Positions 24,591 to 35,085 of a stretch of DNA of 64,000 nucleotides are shown piece after piece. The DNA is from Kangiella sp. (GTDB taxonomy: Bacteria; Pseudomonadota; Gammaproteobacteria; Enterobacterales; Kangiellaceae): NCBI GenBank assembly GCA_028284185.1, contig JANQSG010000018.1:53642-117641 (forward strand), given 5' to 3'. The number at the start of each line of letters is the position of its first letter. Within the stretch, counting starts at the first letter, position 1. The notes under the pieces were generated by a model. It made no database searches and was not told the origin of the DNA. It was given only the letters and a program-made list of their open reading frames with translations. A program made the translations under genes and the position numbers.

Positions 24591-26702
24591 ATGGTTTATT
24601 TTGCAGGGTTAAGAGAAGTTTTAGATACTTATCTTGAGCCTGCTCAAGTTGCAGACATTGAGCGTGCTTATCAAGTGGCTAAGTCGGCACATGATGGTCA
24701 AATGCGCTCTAGCGGTGATCCTTATATCACTCATCCAGTGGCAGCCGCACGAATTCTGGCGGAATTACATCTTGATCATCAAACCATCATGGCGGCTTTA
24801 ATGCATGATGTGATTGAAGATACACAAGTCAGTCGCCAAGACTTAGCCGAGCAGTTTGGCGATCAGGTGGCAGAGCTGGTTGAGGGCGTCAGTAAATTGA
24901 CGCAAATTAATTTCCGTTCAAAAGAAGAAGCGCAAGCAGAAAACTTCCGTAAAATGATGATGGCTATGGTGCAGGATATTCGTGTGATCCTGATTAAACT
25001 GGCTGATCGTTTACATAATATGCAAACCTTAGGTTCATTAAGGCCTGATAAGCGCCGTCGCATTGCCCGTGAAACTTTAGAGATCTATGCCCCCATTGCC
25101 AATCGTCTGGGTATTTATAAATTAAAGGAGCAGCTGGAACTATTGGGCTTTGCCAATATGCATCCAATGCGTTACAAAATTCTAAAAGCTGCAGTAGATA
25201 AGGTTCGTGGTCGGCGGAAGAAAATTATTGAAGGTATTTCTGAGCAGCTAACTGAGCGACTCAAAGCTGCGCATATTAAAGGCATGGTATTGGGTCGCGA
25301 AAAAAGTGTTTACAGTATCTATAAAAAGATGCGCGATAAGGTTGGCACCTTTAACGAAGTGATGGATATTTATGCTTTTCGTGTGATTACGGATAGTGAA
25401 GATTCCTGTTACCGCGTATTAGGTCAGGTACATAATCTTTTCAAACCGATTCCCGGGCGCTTCAAAGATTATATCGCTATTCCCAAAACCAATGGCTATC
25501 AATCGTTGCATTCCATTTTGCGATCCAAAGATCAGGTAAGAATTGAAGTTCAGATCCGAACCGAACTTATGGATCAGATGGCGGAACATGGGGTAGCTGC
25601 GCATTGGTTGTATAAAACGGGTGACTCTCATCCGGCTGAAAACAAGGCGCGTGAATGGCTGCAGTCACTGCTTGAGTTACAACAAAGTGCAGATGATTCA
25701 TTGGAATTTATTGAAAACGTCAAAATTGATTTATTTCCTGATGAAGTTTACGTTTTTACACCGAAAGGTAAAATTATCCAGCTACCTAAAGGTTCAACGC
25801 CGGTAGATTTTGCCTATGCGATTCATACTGATGTGGGTAATACTTGTATTGCCTGCAAGATCGATAAGCAGTTTGCACCGCTGAGTACCAAAATTTCCAA
25901 CGGCATGACCATTGAAATCGTTACAGCACCAGGTTCCAAGCCTAATCCTGCCTGGCTGAGTTTTGCGGTGAGTGGTAAAGCGCGCGCCAATATTCGTAGT
26001 TTTGTAAAAAATATGCGTCGTGATGAGGCGGTTAACTTAGGCTATCGCTTACTGGAGCAGTCCTTATCGGCTAATCTTGATACTTATGAGGTTGAGGATT
26101 TAGAAAAAACCGCACAAGCGATTAATTATGATAGCTTTGAGGATTTACTCGCCTCTATTGGTTTAGGACGGATTGCCTCAGTATTGGTGGCCCATCGCCT
26201 AAAATATCAGATGGATGAAGAAGAGCTGCCTGCAGTGGAAGAAGTGACGGAGCAGGATGCTGATCCTATTGCAATTAAAGGTACTGAAGGCCTGGTGGTG
26301 AAATATGCCAAATGTTGTCGCCCAATTCCTTTTGATCCGATTGTAGCTTATGTTAGTGCAGGTAAAGGATTTACCATTCATCGTCAAACCTGCCCGAATG
26401 TGAAGCGCGCACATAAACAAAATGATCGCTATGTACCGGTGGAATGGTCGCCGGATGTACAGGGTGAATTCAGTTGCGATTTGGAACTTGAAGTTTTTAA
26501 TGGGCGCGGCGTTTTAGCGCAAATCACCAGTATTATTTCCAATCAGGATATTAATATCGTCAATGTCAGTATTGATGAATTGGATGGCAATATTAACCTG
26601 TTACACTTTGAAGTCAGGTTGCATAACCGTGCTCACCTGGCATCAATTATCAAAAAACTGCGTGTGGTACCTTTTGTCAATAAGGTTCAACGCCAAAACT
26701 AG
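24591..26702 (+). CDS. spoT: bifunctional (p)ppGpp synthetase/hydrolase
   Basis: HD hydrolase domain ([17 protein letters not shown]), RelA/SpoT synthetase domain, and TGS and ACT regions. Sits downstream of rpoZ. Confidence 0.94.
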   Translation: MVYFAGLREVLDTYLEPAQVADIERAYQVAKSAHDGQMRSSGDPYITHPVAAARILAELHLDHQTIMAALMHDVIEDTQVSRQDLAEQFGDQVAELVEGVSKLTQINFRSKEEAQAENFRKMMMAMVQDIRVILIKLADRLHNMQTLGSLRPDKRRRIARETLEIYAPIANRLGIYKLKEQLELLGFANMHPMRYKILKAAVDKVRGRRKKIIEGISEQLTERLKAAHIKGMVLGREKSVYSIYKKMRDKVGTFNEVMDIYAFRVITDSEDSCYRVLGQVHNLFKPIPGRFKDYIAIPKTNGYQSLHSILRSKDQVRIEVQIRTELMDQMAEHGVAAHWLYKTGDSHPAENKAREWLQSLLELQQSADDSLEFIENVKIDLFPDEVYVFTPKGKIIQLPKGSTPVDFAYAIHTDVGNTCIACKIDKQFAPLSTKISNGMTIEIVTAPGSKPNPAWLSFAVSGKARANIRSFVKNMRRDEAVNLGYRLLEQSLSANLDTYEVEDLEKTAQAINYDSFEDLLASIGLGRIASVLVAHRLKYQMDEEELPAVEEVTEQDADPIAIKGTEGLVVKYAKCCRPIPFDPIVAYVSAGKGFTIHRQTCPNVKRAHKQNDRYVPVEWSPDVQGEFSCDLELEVFNGRGVLAQITSIISNQDINIVNVSIDELDGNINLLHFEVRLHNRAHLASIIKKLRVVPFVNKVQRQN

Positions 26703-26712
26703 AAGTAAGATT

Positions 26713-27096
26713 ATGACGAAAAAAACCATTCATACCGATAAAGCTCCAGCCGCCATTGGCACCTATTCGCAAGCGGTTCAGGCGGGCGATACTTTATATT
26801 TGTCAGGCCAAATTCCTTTGGTTCCGGAAACCATGGAGCTGGTGCAAGATTTTGAAGCGCAAGTGCATCGCGTATTTAAAAACTTAAATGCGGTTTGTGA
26901 AGCAGCGGATGCTACATTGCAAGATATTGTTAAGCTGAATATTTTTATGCTGGATTTGGCTAACTTTGCTACGGTAAATGAAATTATGGCGCAGTATTTT
27001 GAACAGCCTTACCCGGCTCGTGCAGCTATTGGGGTTAAAGAGTTACCCAAAGGTGCCGATATTGAAATGGATGCTGTGGTTTATTTAGGCAAATAG
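26713..27096 (+). CDS. ridA: RidA (YjgF/Endoribonuclease L-PSP) family reactive-intermediate deaminase
   Basis: [13 protein letters not shown] and [19 protein letters not shown]. Start set at the ATG at 26713, just after the spoT stop. Confidence 0.9.
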   Translation: MTKKTIHTDKAPAAIGTYSQAVQAGDTLYLSGQIPLVPETMELVQDFEAQVHRVFKNLNAVCEAADATLQDIVKLNIFMLDLANFATVNEIMAQYFEQPYPARAAIGVKELPKGADIEMDAVVYLGK

Positions 27097-27101
27097 GGTT
27101 T

Positions 27102-27788
27102 ATGCAGGATCAAAAGCCGGAACGTTTAGAAAAAATTCTACAGCTGGTAGCTAATCGTCAGCCCGACTTAACGGTTTTTATGGAGGAGGTGCATAAACCG
27201 CACAATTTGGCAGCCATTGTGCGTACCGCCGATGCGGTTGGGATTGGTGAAGTGCATGCCACTTTTCCGGAAGATGTAAAATACACAGGTCATCATACTG
27301 CCAGCGGTTCCAAGCGTTGGGTCAAAACCCATCCTTATGAAAGTTTGCAGCTAGGCATTGCGCAGATTAAAAGCCAGGGTATGCAGCTTTTGTGCGCTCA
27401 CTTTTCCGATCAGGCAGTGGATTTTCGTAAGATTGATTACACTAAACCTACCTGCTTGTTGGTGGGTTCAGAATTGGTGGGCGTTTCGGAGCAGGCCGCT
27501 GAATTAGCCGATCAACATATAACCATTCCCATGCTAGGCATGGTGCAGTCGCTCAATGTTTCCGTAGCAACGGCTTTGATTCTTTATGAAGCACAACGGC
27601 AAAGAGCTGAACAAGATATGTATGGACAGTGCAAAATACCGCAGGCAGAAGTGGATTTGTTGATTTTTAAATCATTGCATCCAACGGTGAAAAGCTATTG
27701 TGATAAACATCAGATCCGCTATCCACGCTTGAATGAAGTGGGTGATATTGAGGATGAAGAATGGCACCAGCTACGAAAAATGCTATAG
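27102..27788 (+). CDS. trmH: tRNA (guanosine(18)-2'-O)-methyltransferase (SpoU family)
   Basis: SPOUT motifs NLAAIVRTADAVG, LLVGSELVGVS and SLNVSVATALILYE. Confidence 0.88.
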   Translation: MQDQKPERLEKILQLVANRQPDLTVFMEEVHKPHNLAAIVRTADAVGIGEVHATFPEDVKYTGHHTASGSKRWVKTHPYESLQLGIAQIKSQGMQLLCAHFSDQAVDFRKIDYTKPTCLLVGSELVGVSEQAAELADQHITIPMLGMVQSLNVSVATALILYEAQRQRAEQDMYGQCKIPQAEVDLLIFKSLHPTVKSYCDKHQIRYPRLNEVGDIEDEEWHQLRKML

Positions 27789-27821
27789 TGTGAAGATTGG
27801 CTGAATTAGGAGAAGCCTGTT

Positions 27822-28058
27822 ATGTCTGATTTTGAATTAAAAATGGAACCGTTGGATAAAAATTTGAGCGATGATCTGGCTGAGCAGGAAAAGCAAGCCA
27901 GACCTACTCGTCGTGAAAAGTTTCATGTGGATACTCGTTCTGGTAAAGAACGTCGTTCAGGTTTGGATCGTCGAAAATCGCTTCGATTTGAGCCGGATCG
28001 CCGTTCCGGCAAAGATCGCCGAGCCAGCCCCAGTGATCCTTGGGCGAAAAATATTTAA
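27822..28058 (+). CDS. small Arg-rich hypothetical protein with RSG-x-(D/E)RR repeats
   Basis: 78-aa ORF with TRSGKERRSGLDRRKS...PDRRSGKDRR. No family recognised. The overlapping ORF 27871..28074 is taken to be a shadow ORF. Confidence 0.45.
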   Translation: MSDFELKMEPLDKNLSDDLAEQEKQARPTRREKFHVDTRSGKERRSGLDRRKSLRFEPDRRSGKDRRASPSDPWAKNI

Positions 28059-28165
28059 TATTAACTCAGGTTAACAATAGCATTTTGTTACGATTTTTAT
28101 TTTGTCTGGCCGTGAGGGCTTAGGATATAGTTTACTAATAAAATTAGTAAGCATAGGGATAATTC

Positions 28166-29386
28166 GTGTCAGTTACACCAACCACTAATCGTTATCATTC
28201 TTTAGATCTAATCCGAGGTATTGCTATCTTGGGCATCCTGGTTATGAACATTGCAACTTTTGCTGATGTGAATGCCTTTTATATGAATCCCTATATTTAT
28301 GGTGAACCGAGTAGTACCAATTTAACCACTTGGCTGGTTACCCATTTTTTTGCCGATCAAAAGTTCTACACCATCTTCTCTATATTGTTCGGTGCTGGCA
28401 TTATGTTGATGGCGCAAAGAGCCAGTAGTAAAGGCTCAGCCCCTGGCCCAATTCATTATCGTCGCATGGGCTGGATGTTGTTTTTTGGTTTACTGCATGG
28501 CTTTTTTATCTGGTATGGCGATATTTTGGCCACCTACGCCTTAATGGGCATGTGGGTTTATTTACTGGCTTTAAACACTCAGGCCAAGACCAAAATTTAT
28601 ATTGGTGCCGCTCTTATCGGTCTGTTCTTTTTGTTGATGTATGGTTTTTCACAGCTGTTTCAGTGGCTACCAGAAGCCGATACCGCTGAAATGCAACAGG
28701 GCTTTTATCCGACTCAGGATATGATTAATGAAGAAATTGCTGCTTATAAAGGTGACTGGCTGGATAACCTGACGCACAGAGCAAAGTTTTATGGCATGGC
28801 CTTGATCAATATGATCACTATGGTAGGGCCGATGCGGATTGGTGGCGCCATGTTGATCGGCATGGCCTTGTATCAAAAGGGGATTTTAACTGCCCAACGA
28901 GATACAGGTTTTTATCTCAAGTTTACCCTGATTATGGCGTTACTGGGTTTTGGTTTACAGTGGCTGGATTATCGCGTCTTGACTCAGGGCGAATTTAGCT
29001 TTGATGCACTTTGGATGTCCTTTGGTGTTATCAATAGTGCTGCTGCCGTTTTTACCGCTTTGGCTTATATCGGTTTATTGTGCTTATGGATTAAGTCAGA
29101 TGCTTTAGCCTGGTTCCGCCGAAAATTTGAAGCGGTTGGTCAAATGGCTTTCACTAACTACATTATGCAATCGATTATTTGCACTACTCTTTTTTATGGC
29201 TTCGGACTTGGTTGGTTTGCGGATCTAGAGCGTTATCAACTTTATTATGTAGTTGGAGCCATTTATCTCGCACAATTGGTTTGGTCAGAGCTTTGGCTGA
29301 AAAAATTCTACTTTGGGCCACTCGAATGGCTATGGCGCAGCTTAACCTATGGCAAAACCCAGCCCTTCTCTCGCGCTCACTCTTGA
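28166..29386 (+). CDS. DUF418 (YeiB-like) membrane protein
   Basis: DLIRGIAILGILVMNI N-terminus, many TM segments, and a GPLEWLWRSLTYG C-terminus. GTG start. Confidence 0.75.
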   Translation: MSVTPTTNRYHSLDLIRGIAILGILVMNIATFADVNAFYMNPYIYGEPSSTNLTTWLVTHFFADQKFYTIFSILFGAGIMLMAQRASSKGSAPGPIHYRRMGWMLFFGLLHGFFIWYGDILATYALMGMWVYLLALNTQAKTKIYIGAALIGLFFLLMYGFSQLFQWLPEADTAEMQQGFYPTQDMINEEIAAYKGDWLDNLTHRAKFYGMALINMITMVGPMRIGGAMLIGMALYQKGILTAQRDTGFYLKFTLIMALLGFGLQWLDYRVLTQGEFSFDALWMSFGVINSAAAVFTALAYIGLLCLWIKSDALAWFRRKFEAVGQMAFTNYIMQSIICTTLFYGFGLGWFADLERYQLYYVVGAIYLAQLVWSELWLKKFYFGPLEWLWRSLTYGKTQPFSRAHS

Positions 29387-30215
29387 GTCCATTGGCAAAG
29401 AACAAACGCCACTGATAGATTTACGATCTGCTACAGAATTTGTAGCAGCTCATCCACCTGGTGCTAGCAGTATTCCATTCGAGCAACTCGATCGGGCTTG
29501 GCATGAACTTCCGCCAAAAGGCGCTCAGTTGGATTTATTGATGAATCGCCATCAATCAAAATCGGTACAAGCGATTTTCGAGCAACAAAGCTATCCCATT
29601 CGGAAACTATTATTGGCCGAAGAAGCGGAGCAATCACAATGGCAAGCGGATAATCTAAGTCAACGCTTATGGCGAGCCAATCCTTTGCTGGAAAACCATA
29701 TCGATCTGATCAAACAAGCACTGGATTGGGAAGATGGCAAAAAGCCATTGGCTTTTGATATTGGCTGTGGTTCTGGTCGCGACTCGTTATTTCTGGCGCT
29801 ACATGGTTTTGAGGTATTGGCTTTAGATAATAATAAGCATGCCCTTGAGCGGCTGAGACAGTTTGACCAGCGTTGGCAAACGGGTGTCAAATCCCTCAAA
29901 TTTGATTTGCAGAATCAAGCAGCAGATTTCCAAAAATTACTCCGGAAGCAAGCGCCACAACTTATTATGCAGGCTCGTTATCTGCATCGACCTTTGCTGG
30001 CAGATTATCGAAATTTATTACCATCGGGTACAGTGGTTGCCATTCATACCTTTTTGGAAGCGGCTGCGCGTTATGGCAAACCGAAAAACCCTAATTATTT
30101 ACTTAAAAATCAAGAGCTTGAAAAGTTTTATGCAAGCTGGAATATTCTTCTAAACCAACAACACCGGCTTGAGGATGGTCGTCCTTTATCCTTATTTTTA
30201 GCTCAAAAGCGATAA
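29349..30215 (+). CDS. SAM-dependent methyltransferase, TehB-like, with a short rhodanese-like N-terminal segment
   Basis: FDIGCGSGRDSLFLALHGFEVLALD motif I. The C-terminal layout resembles E. coli TehB. The N-terminal LIDLRSATEFVAAHPPGASSIP is rhodanese-like, but I saw no catalytic Cys loop. Overlaps the previous gene by 38 nt. Confidence 0.6.
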   Translation: MAKPSPSLALTLESIGKEQTPLIDLRSATEFVAAHPPGASSIPFEQLDRAWHELPPKGAQLDLLMNRHQSKSVQAIFEQQSYPIRKLLLAEEAEQSQWQADNLSQRLWRANPLLENHIDLIKQALDWEDGKKPLAFDIGCGSGRDSLFLALHGFEVLALDNNKHALERLRQFDQRWQTGVKSLKFDLQNQAADFQKLLRKQAPQLIMQARYLHRPLLADYRNLLPSGTVVAIHTFLEAAARYGKPKNPNYLLKNQELEKFYASWNILLNQQHRLEDGRPLSLFLAQKR

Positions 30216-30232
30216 CTGTTTATATATTAAAA

Positions 30233-30847
30233 CTATATACAAGAATCTACTTCTATAACCTTACTTTGGTTATTTGTTTGGTAGCACTTATCTAATAATG
30301 AACAATAACAAGCACTTATTTTTAAATGCCAGCGTTCTTTATTTAGCTTCTCCCATTGTTCTTTGTTCCAATCATTTTTATTTAAAGCTAAAACATTGAT
30401 TTTTCCACCAGGTATAATGATCTTATTTGATGTTGTACTGGTTAATAGTCTGGCTTCGTCTAATAGTCTGGCTTCGGCATGATGTTTTTCCAAAGCTTCT
30501 TTGAGGTGCTCATAATATTCTTGCTGGCTAAAACAGCAAGCCTTTAGGAAAGCAAAAATTGTTTTATAAGGCTGATTTTTGTATTCATATCTCATGGTTT
30601 TGATTAAAGCAGGCCCCGCTCCAGAATTATTTACTGAAATCGTAATACTCTTAGTTTTGTTAATAGGGTCATAATTACCATGGTTAAATTCTAACCAGGG
30701 CCATGTTTCTGCTTTAACCTGCCTTTCAGCAGCATCTGCTTGCAGGTAGGTAGCATAAAAAGAGGCCAATGATATTAAAATGGCGCAAATTGCTAAAATA
30801 AAATTCAGCTTCTCGCTATTCATATTTCCAAACGTTTCTTTAGACAT
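30233..30847 (-). CDS. hypothetical single-pass membrane protein (AT-rich orphan)
   Basis: 204-aa ORF with an N-terminal TM (LNFILAICAILISLASFYA), several Cys residues, and an internal EARLLD/EARLLT duplication. No recognised family. Confidence 0.5.
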   Translation of the reverse strand: MSKETFGNMNSEKLNFILAICAILISLASFYATYLQADAAERQVKAETWPWLEFNHGNYDPINKTKSITISVNNSGAGPALIKTMRYEYKNQPYKTIFAFLKACCFSQQEYYEHLKEALEKHHAEARLLDEARLLTSTTSNKIIIPGGKINVLALNKNDWNKEQWEKLNKERWHLKISACYCSLLDKCYQTNNQSKVIEVDSCI

Positions 30848-31052
30848 GGCTTTAAAACCTATTATTAAAATTACAATGCGGCTTTTTTGGACAAAATTAT
30901 TGTGATTCTAGTTATATAGTTAGATGTTGATTACGGACTTATAGTTTAAATTATGTCTGTAACTTTTATTCAGCTTACAAGTCAAATTATCAATCTTTAA
31001 TTATAGATAGAAAAGAACTATTATTAACCAATAATATAGAGAGGAAATAATA

Positions 31053-31967
31053 ATGACTCTAACTGAATTCCGATACATTGTAGCAGTGGCACGTGAACAG
31101 CATTTTGGTCGTGCTGCGGAGGCTTGTTTTGTTAGTCAGCCAACTTTGAGTGTAGGTGTAAAAAAATTGGAAGAGCAGTTAGGGGTGGTGCTTTTTGAGC
31201 GCAGCAAATCGGATGTTAAGGTTACGCCACAGGGATTACGCATCGTAGAGCAGGCGCAGCGTATTTTGGAGCAGGTAGATCAACTAAAGTTGGAAGCTGC
31301 ACAAAATGCCAATCAATTGGAAGGCGCTATTCGCTTGGGTGCTATTTTCACTATTGGTCCTTATTTATTACCAAGCATAGTACCTGAGCTAAGCCGGATT
31401 GCACCGAAAATGCCGCTACATATTGATGAAGACTATACGCATAAACTAAAGACTAAACTTCGAAATGGCGATGTGGATGCAATTTTTGTCGCTTTGCCAT
31501 TTGATGAAGCGGAAATTGATACCATTCCTCTGTATGAAGAAGAATTTATGGCTTTATTACCGCCCAAACATCCCTGGGTGAAGAAAGATAAACTTTATTT
31601 AGCAGATATTGCTGATGAAGTGATGATTATGCTGGGGGCTGGTCATTGTTTTCGCGATCAGGTGTTAGAGGCTTGTCCGCAGTGCCGCGATAATAGTTTA
31701 AATCCACAAAAAGACTGGATCACCGGCAGTTCGATTGAAACCATTCGACATATGGTGGCCAGCGGCCTGGGGGTCAGTATAGTGCCCGCTTCGGCTGCTG
31801 AGTTTCAGAATGAAAAGTTGGGTTTAGTAGTGAAATCCTTTGCCGATCCAATACCCAGTCGCAAAGTCGCTTTGGCCTATCGTCGCAGCTTTCCGCGAAA
31901 AGAAGCCTTGCAGGTGATCCAAAAAGCACTTAACAGGATCAGGCTGGCCGGTACCAAGCCGTTATAA
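31053..31967 (+). CDS. oxyR: LysR-family hydrogen peroxide-inducible activator OxyR
   Basis: HFGRAAEACFVSQPTLS helix-turn-helix. GAGHCFRDQVLEACPQC aligns with the E. coli OxyR redox Cys199/Cys208 region. Sits directly upstream of recG. Confidence 0.82.
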   Translation: MTLTEFRYIVAVAREQHFGRAAEACFVSQPTLSVGVKKLEEQLGVVLFERSKSDVKVTPQGLRIVEQAQRILEQVDQLKLEAAQNANQLEGAIRLGAIFTIGPYLLPSIVPELSRIAPKMPLHIDEDYTHKLKTKLRNGDVDAIFVALPFDEAEIDTIPLYEEEFMALLPPKHPWVKKDKLYLADIADEVMIMLGAGHCFRDQVLEACPQCRDNSLNPQKDWITGSSIETIRHMVASGLGVSIVPASAAEFQNEKLGLVVKSFADPIPSRKVALAYRRSFPRKEALQVIQKALNRIRLAGTKPL

Positions 31968-31980
31968 TTATTGATAGCAG

Positions 31981-34068
31981 ATGCCTTTGGATAAGTCATT
32001 AGAGCAGATTGGGGTTGAAAGCCTGAAAGGGGTTGGCCCTAAATTAAAAGAAAAATTAGCCAAGTTGCAGATCCATAATCTTTTGGATCTGTTATTTCAT
32101 TTGCCCCACCGTTATGAAGATCGCACTCAAGTTAAACCATTGATAGAAACTCAGGATGGTGAAAGGTGCATGATTCGGGTTATGGTGGAGCACAGCCAAA
32201 TCCAGTATGGCAAAAGACGTTCTTTAATTTGCCGGGCTTCCGATCAAACTGCCAGTATTGACTTTCGTTTTTTTCACTTTATGAGCAGCCAAAAACAACG
32301 TTTACAGGCGGGAACTGAGTTGTATGCTTTTGGCGAGATCCGCCGTTTTGGTCGCTCTTTGCAAATGATCCACCCTGAAATTAGTTATATTAAAGTTGGT
32401 GAATCGGCACCTTTGCTGGAATCCTTAACACCAGTCTATCCAACTACGGAAGGGCTGCATCAAGCCAGTTGGCGCAATTTGCAAAAACAGGCCGTAGCAT
32501 TACTAAAACAAAAGCCTACAGAAGATTTATTGCCATCGGAATTACAGCAAAAGTGGCAATTGATGGATATTAATCAAGCGCTTATTTGGCTCCATCAACC
32601 ACCTAAAAATACCCCCATAGAACAGCTTAATAGTGAAGATTCACCAGCGATTAAGCGCTTGATTTATGAAGAATTATTATCGCAACAATTGAGTTTATTA
32701 ATCAGGCGAAAACATAACCAAAAAGCCAATGCCTTTATTATGCGCAATCAAGGCCAGCTAAAAAATAACTTATTGCAATTATTGCCCTACCAGCCGACTC
32801 ATGCACAAATTCGTGTTAGTCAGCAAATCCAACAGGATTTGGAGTCCAGTCGCCCTATGCTACGTTTATTGCAGGGTGACGTAGGGGCTGGTAAGACGCT
32901 GGTTGCAGCTATGGCGGCGTTTCATGCCACCGAATCGGGCTTTCAGGTGGTGATTATGGCACCGACAGAGATTTTAGCCGAACAACATTATTTGGCTTTT
33001 AGTGACTGGTGTCAGTCATTGGACGTGAAAGCAGCATTTTTGGTCAGTAAATTAAAAACTAAAGAAAAGCGTGAGACCTTAGAATCAATCGCCAATGGTG
33101 AGGCTCAGTTAATTATTGGCACTCATGCAGTCTTTCAGGAAGAAGTACAATATGCCCAGTTGGGTTTGGCGATTATTGATGAGCAGCATCGTTTTGGGGT
33201 CAATCAGCGCTTGGCTTTGCGCAATAAGGCACCGCAGGGAAAGCAGCTTCATCAGTTGATGATGACAGCAACGCCGATCCCGCGAACATTGGCCATGACT
33301 GCTTATGCCGATATGGATTTATCGGTTATTGACGAATTGCCACCTGGTCGAACGCCAGTGCAAACTATGGCTATTTCTGAACAAAAACGCGATCAAGTGA
33401 TCAAGCGAATCGAGTGGGCTTGTCATGAAGAAAAACGTCAGGTTTACTGGGTCTGTACTTTAATTGAAGAATCGGAAGAAGTTCAGTCTCAAGCAGCAGA
33501 AACTACCGCTAATTTATTGGCAGAGCAGTTACCGACTTGTTCTATTGGTTTAGTGCATGGCAGATTAAAACCTGAGCAAAAACAAATGGTTATGCAACAA
33601 TTTAAAGCGGGCCATTTGGATGTGCTGGTGGCGACTACGGTGATTGAGGTTGGGGTGGATGTGCCCAATGCCAGTTTAATGATTATCGAAAATCCAGAAC
33701 GCTTAGGTTTGGCGCAATTGCACCAATTGCGAGGCCGTGTGGGGCGTGGCTCTATAGAAAGCCATTGTCTGTTGCTCTATACGCAGCCTTTGTCCGATAA
33801 CGCCAAGGCGCGTATTCAGGTTATGCGCGAAACCAATGATGGTTTTGTTATTGCCGAAGAGGATTTGAAGCTTCGTGGCCCAGGTGAATTTCTAGGGACT
33901 CGCCAGACTGGTGAAATGGCCTTGCAGTTTGCTGATATTGTGAAAAATGCAACTTTGATCCCAGAAATTCAACAGACAGCAAAGGAATTGATTAAGAACA
34001 ATCCTAAACTGGCAGAAGCTATTTGTCAGCGCTGGTTAGGTTATCGTCAAGAATTTGCAGAAGTTTAA
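31981..34068 (+). CDS. recG: ATP-dependent DNA helicase RecG
   Basis: Wedge domain, Walker A GDVGAGKT, DEQHRFG, TATPIPRT and QLHQLRGRVGRG. Confidence 0.96.
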   Translation: MPLDKSLEQIGVESLKGVGPKLKEKLAKLQIHNLLDLLFHLPHRYEDRTQVKPLIETQDGERCMIRVMVEHSQIQYGKRRSLICRASDQTASIDFRFFHFMSSQKQRLQAGTELYAFGEIRRFGRSLQMIHPEISYIKVGESAPLLESLTPVYPTTEGLHQASWRNLQKQAVALLKQKPTEDLLPSELQQKWQLMDINQALIWLHQPPKNTPIEQLNSEDSPAIKRLIYEELLSQQLSLLIRRKHNQKANAFIMRNQGQLKNNLLQLLPYQPTHAQIRVSQQIQQDLESSRPMLRLLQGDVGAGKTLVAAMAAFHATESGFQVVIMAPTEILAEQHYLAFSDWCQSLDVKAAFLVSKLKTKEKRETLESIANGEAQLIIGTHAVFQEEVQYAQLGLAIIDEQHRFGVNQRLALRNKAPQGKQLHQLMMTATPIPRTLAMTAYADMDLSVIDELPPGRTPVQTMAISEQKRDQVIKRIEWACHEEKRQVYWVCTLIEESEEVQSQAAETTANLLAEQLPTCSIGLVHGRLKPEQKQMVMQQFKAGHLDVLVATTVIEVGVDVPNASLMIIENPERLGLAQLHQLRGRVGRGSIESHCLLLYTQPLSDNAKARIQVMRETNDGFVIAEEDLKLRGPGEFLGTRQTGEMALQFADIVKNATLIPEIQQTAKELIKNNPKLAEAICQRWLGYRQEFAEV

Positions 34069-34079
34069 GGAAATACACT

Positions 34080-34982
34080 ATGAGTTGGAAAATTTTTGTA
34101 TCCCTTTTATTTTGGATAAGTTTAGTTGTAATAACCAAATTAGCTTGGCCATATAAAAAAGTAGGGCCCCATTTTCAAGAAGTTATAAAAAAAGCACATC
34201 CGTATGATATAGAAGTAAATGTTGTCCTTAATGGATTTTCACAGCTCACTGATAAGCTTCTGTACAAAAAATATGAGCAGAATAAGGGCACATTATCAGT
34301 AAACGCTCGCATTAAAACACCTGCTAATATCTATACTTCCAATTATCTTAAGCAAAAGCATTTCACTCCTGAAATGAGCTTAAAAGACTGTAAACGAAAC
34401 TCCCCGAGCCAATTGGCACAATATTGCTCCTCTGGAGCTTTACAAGCATTTGAAAAACAATACACTGGCGATGATAAATCTTTCGATATATGGAGCGTTT
34501 CCCATGTCATCGCTCAAAAAACTCCTGCAACAAATTTTAGCGATATAAGTTATTCATACAAATTTGAGCTTTGTAAGACGGAAATGCAATGCCAACTATT
34601 TCAGGAAAGCGGTCAATTAGTACATTCACAAGTAAGCACATGGTATTCGCCTATTTTTGGGCATTTCAATGATCATGCATTAGTAATACCCTTTTTAGTC
34701 CTTATCATCATATTATTAGTGATTTCACTTTTTGGGTTAGTTAAGTCTATCAAATCTAAGAAACAAGCTAAGCAATGGTTGTCTGCTGTATCATTATCTC
34801 TGGTATTAAGCCCTTTATGTGCAGCACTTTTAGCATGGCTATTTACTTTAGGAACTACTGAATTTGAAGGAACAAGAGGATTCGGAATGCTCTATCTCTT
34901 TGTTTTTCTTACACCTATTCTATTCGTTATTTTTTTATTGGCGTTTAAAATATTCTATGCAGAAAAGAAAACACAAAAATGA
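34080..34982 (+). CDS. hypothetical membrane protein (AT-rich orphan)
   Basis: Start set at MSWKIFVSLLFW (ATG at 34080), after the recG stop. N-terminal TM, a Cys-containing extracytoplasmic segment of about 200 aa, and three C-terminal TMs. No recognised family. Confidence 0.5.
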   Translation: MSWKIFVSLLFWISLVVITKLAWPYKKVGPHFQEVIKKAHPYDIEVNVVLNGFSQLTDKLLYKKYEQNKGTLSVNARIKTPANIYTSNYLKQKHFTPEMSLKDCKRNSPSQLAQYCSSGALQAFEKQYTGDDKSFDIWSVSHVIAQKTPATNFSDISYSYKFELCKTEMQCQLFQESGQLVHSQVSTWYSPIFGHFNDHALVIPFLVLIIILLVISLFGLVKSIKSKKQAKQWLSAVSLSLVLSPLCAALLAWLFTLGTTEFEGTRGFGMLYLFVFLTPILFVIFLLAFKIFYAEKKTQK

Positions 34983-35085
34983 TAGCTACCTTATGCGAAG
35001 AAACTCTACAGGCATAGGATTTAGGTGTTAATTATGATAAAGTTGCGCCCTATTTTTGTTATCTCCAACGATTGAGGATTCAGGA

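Noticed and set aside
30848-31052. OxyR autoregulatory site (ATAG-N7-CTAT type) upstream of oxyR
   Set aside because: Only loose ATAG/CTAT pairs at the wrong spacing were seen, for example ATAGATAGAAAAGAACTAT. That is not convincing.
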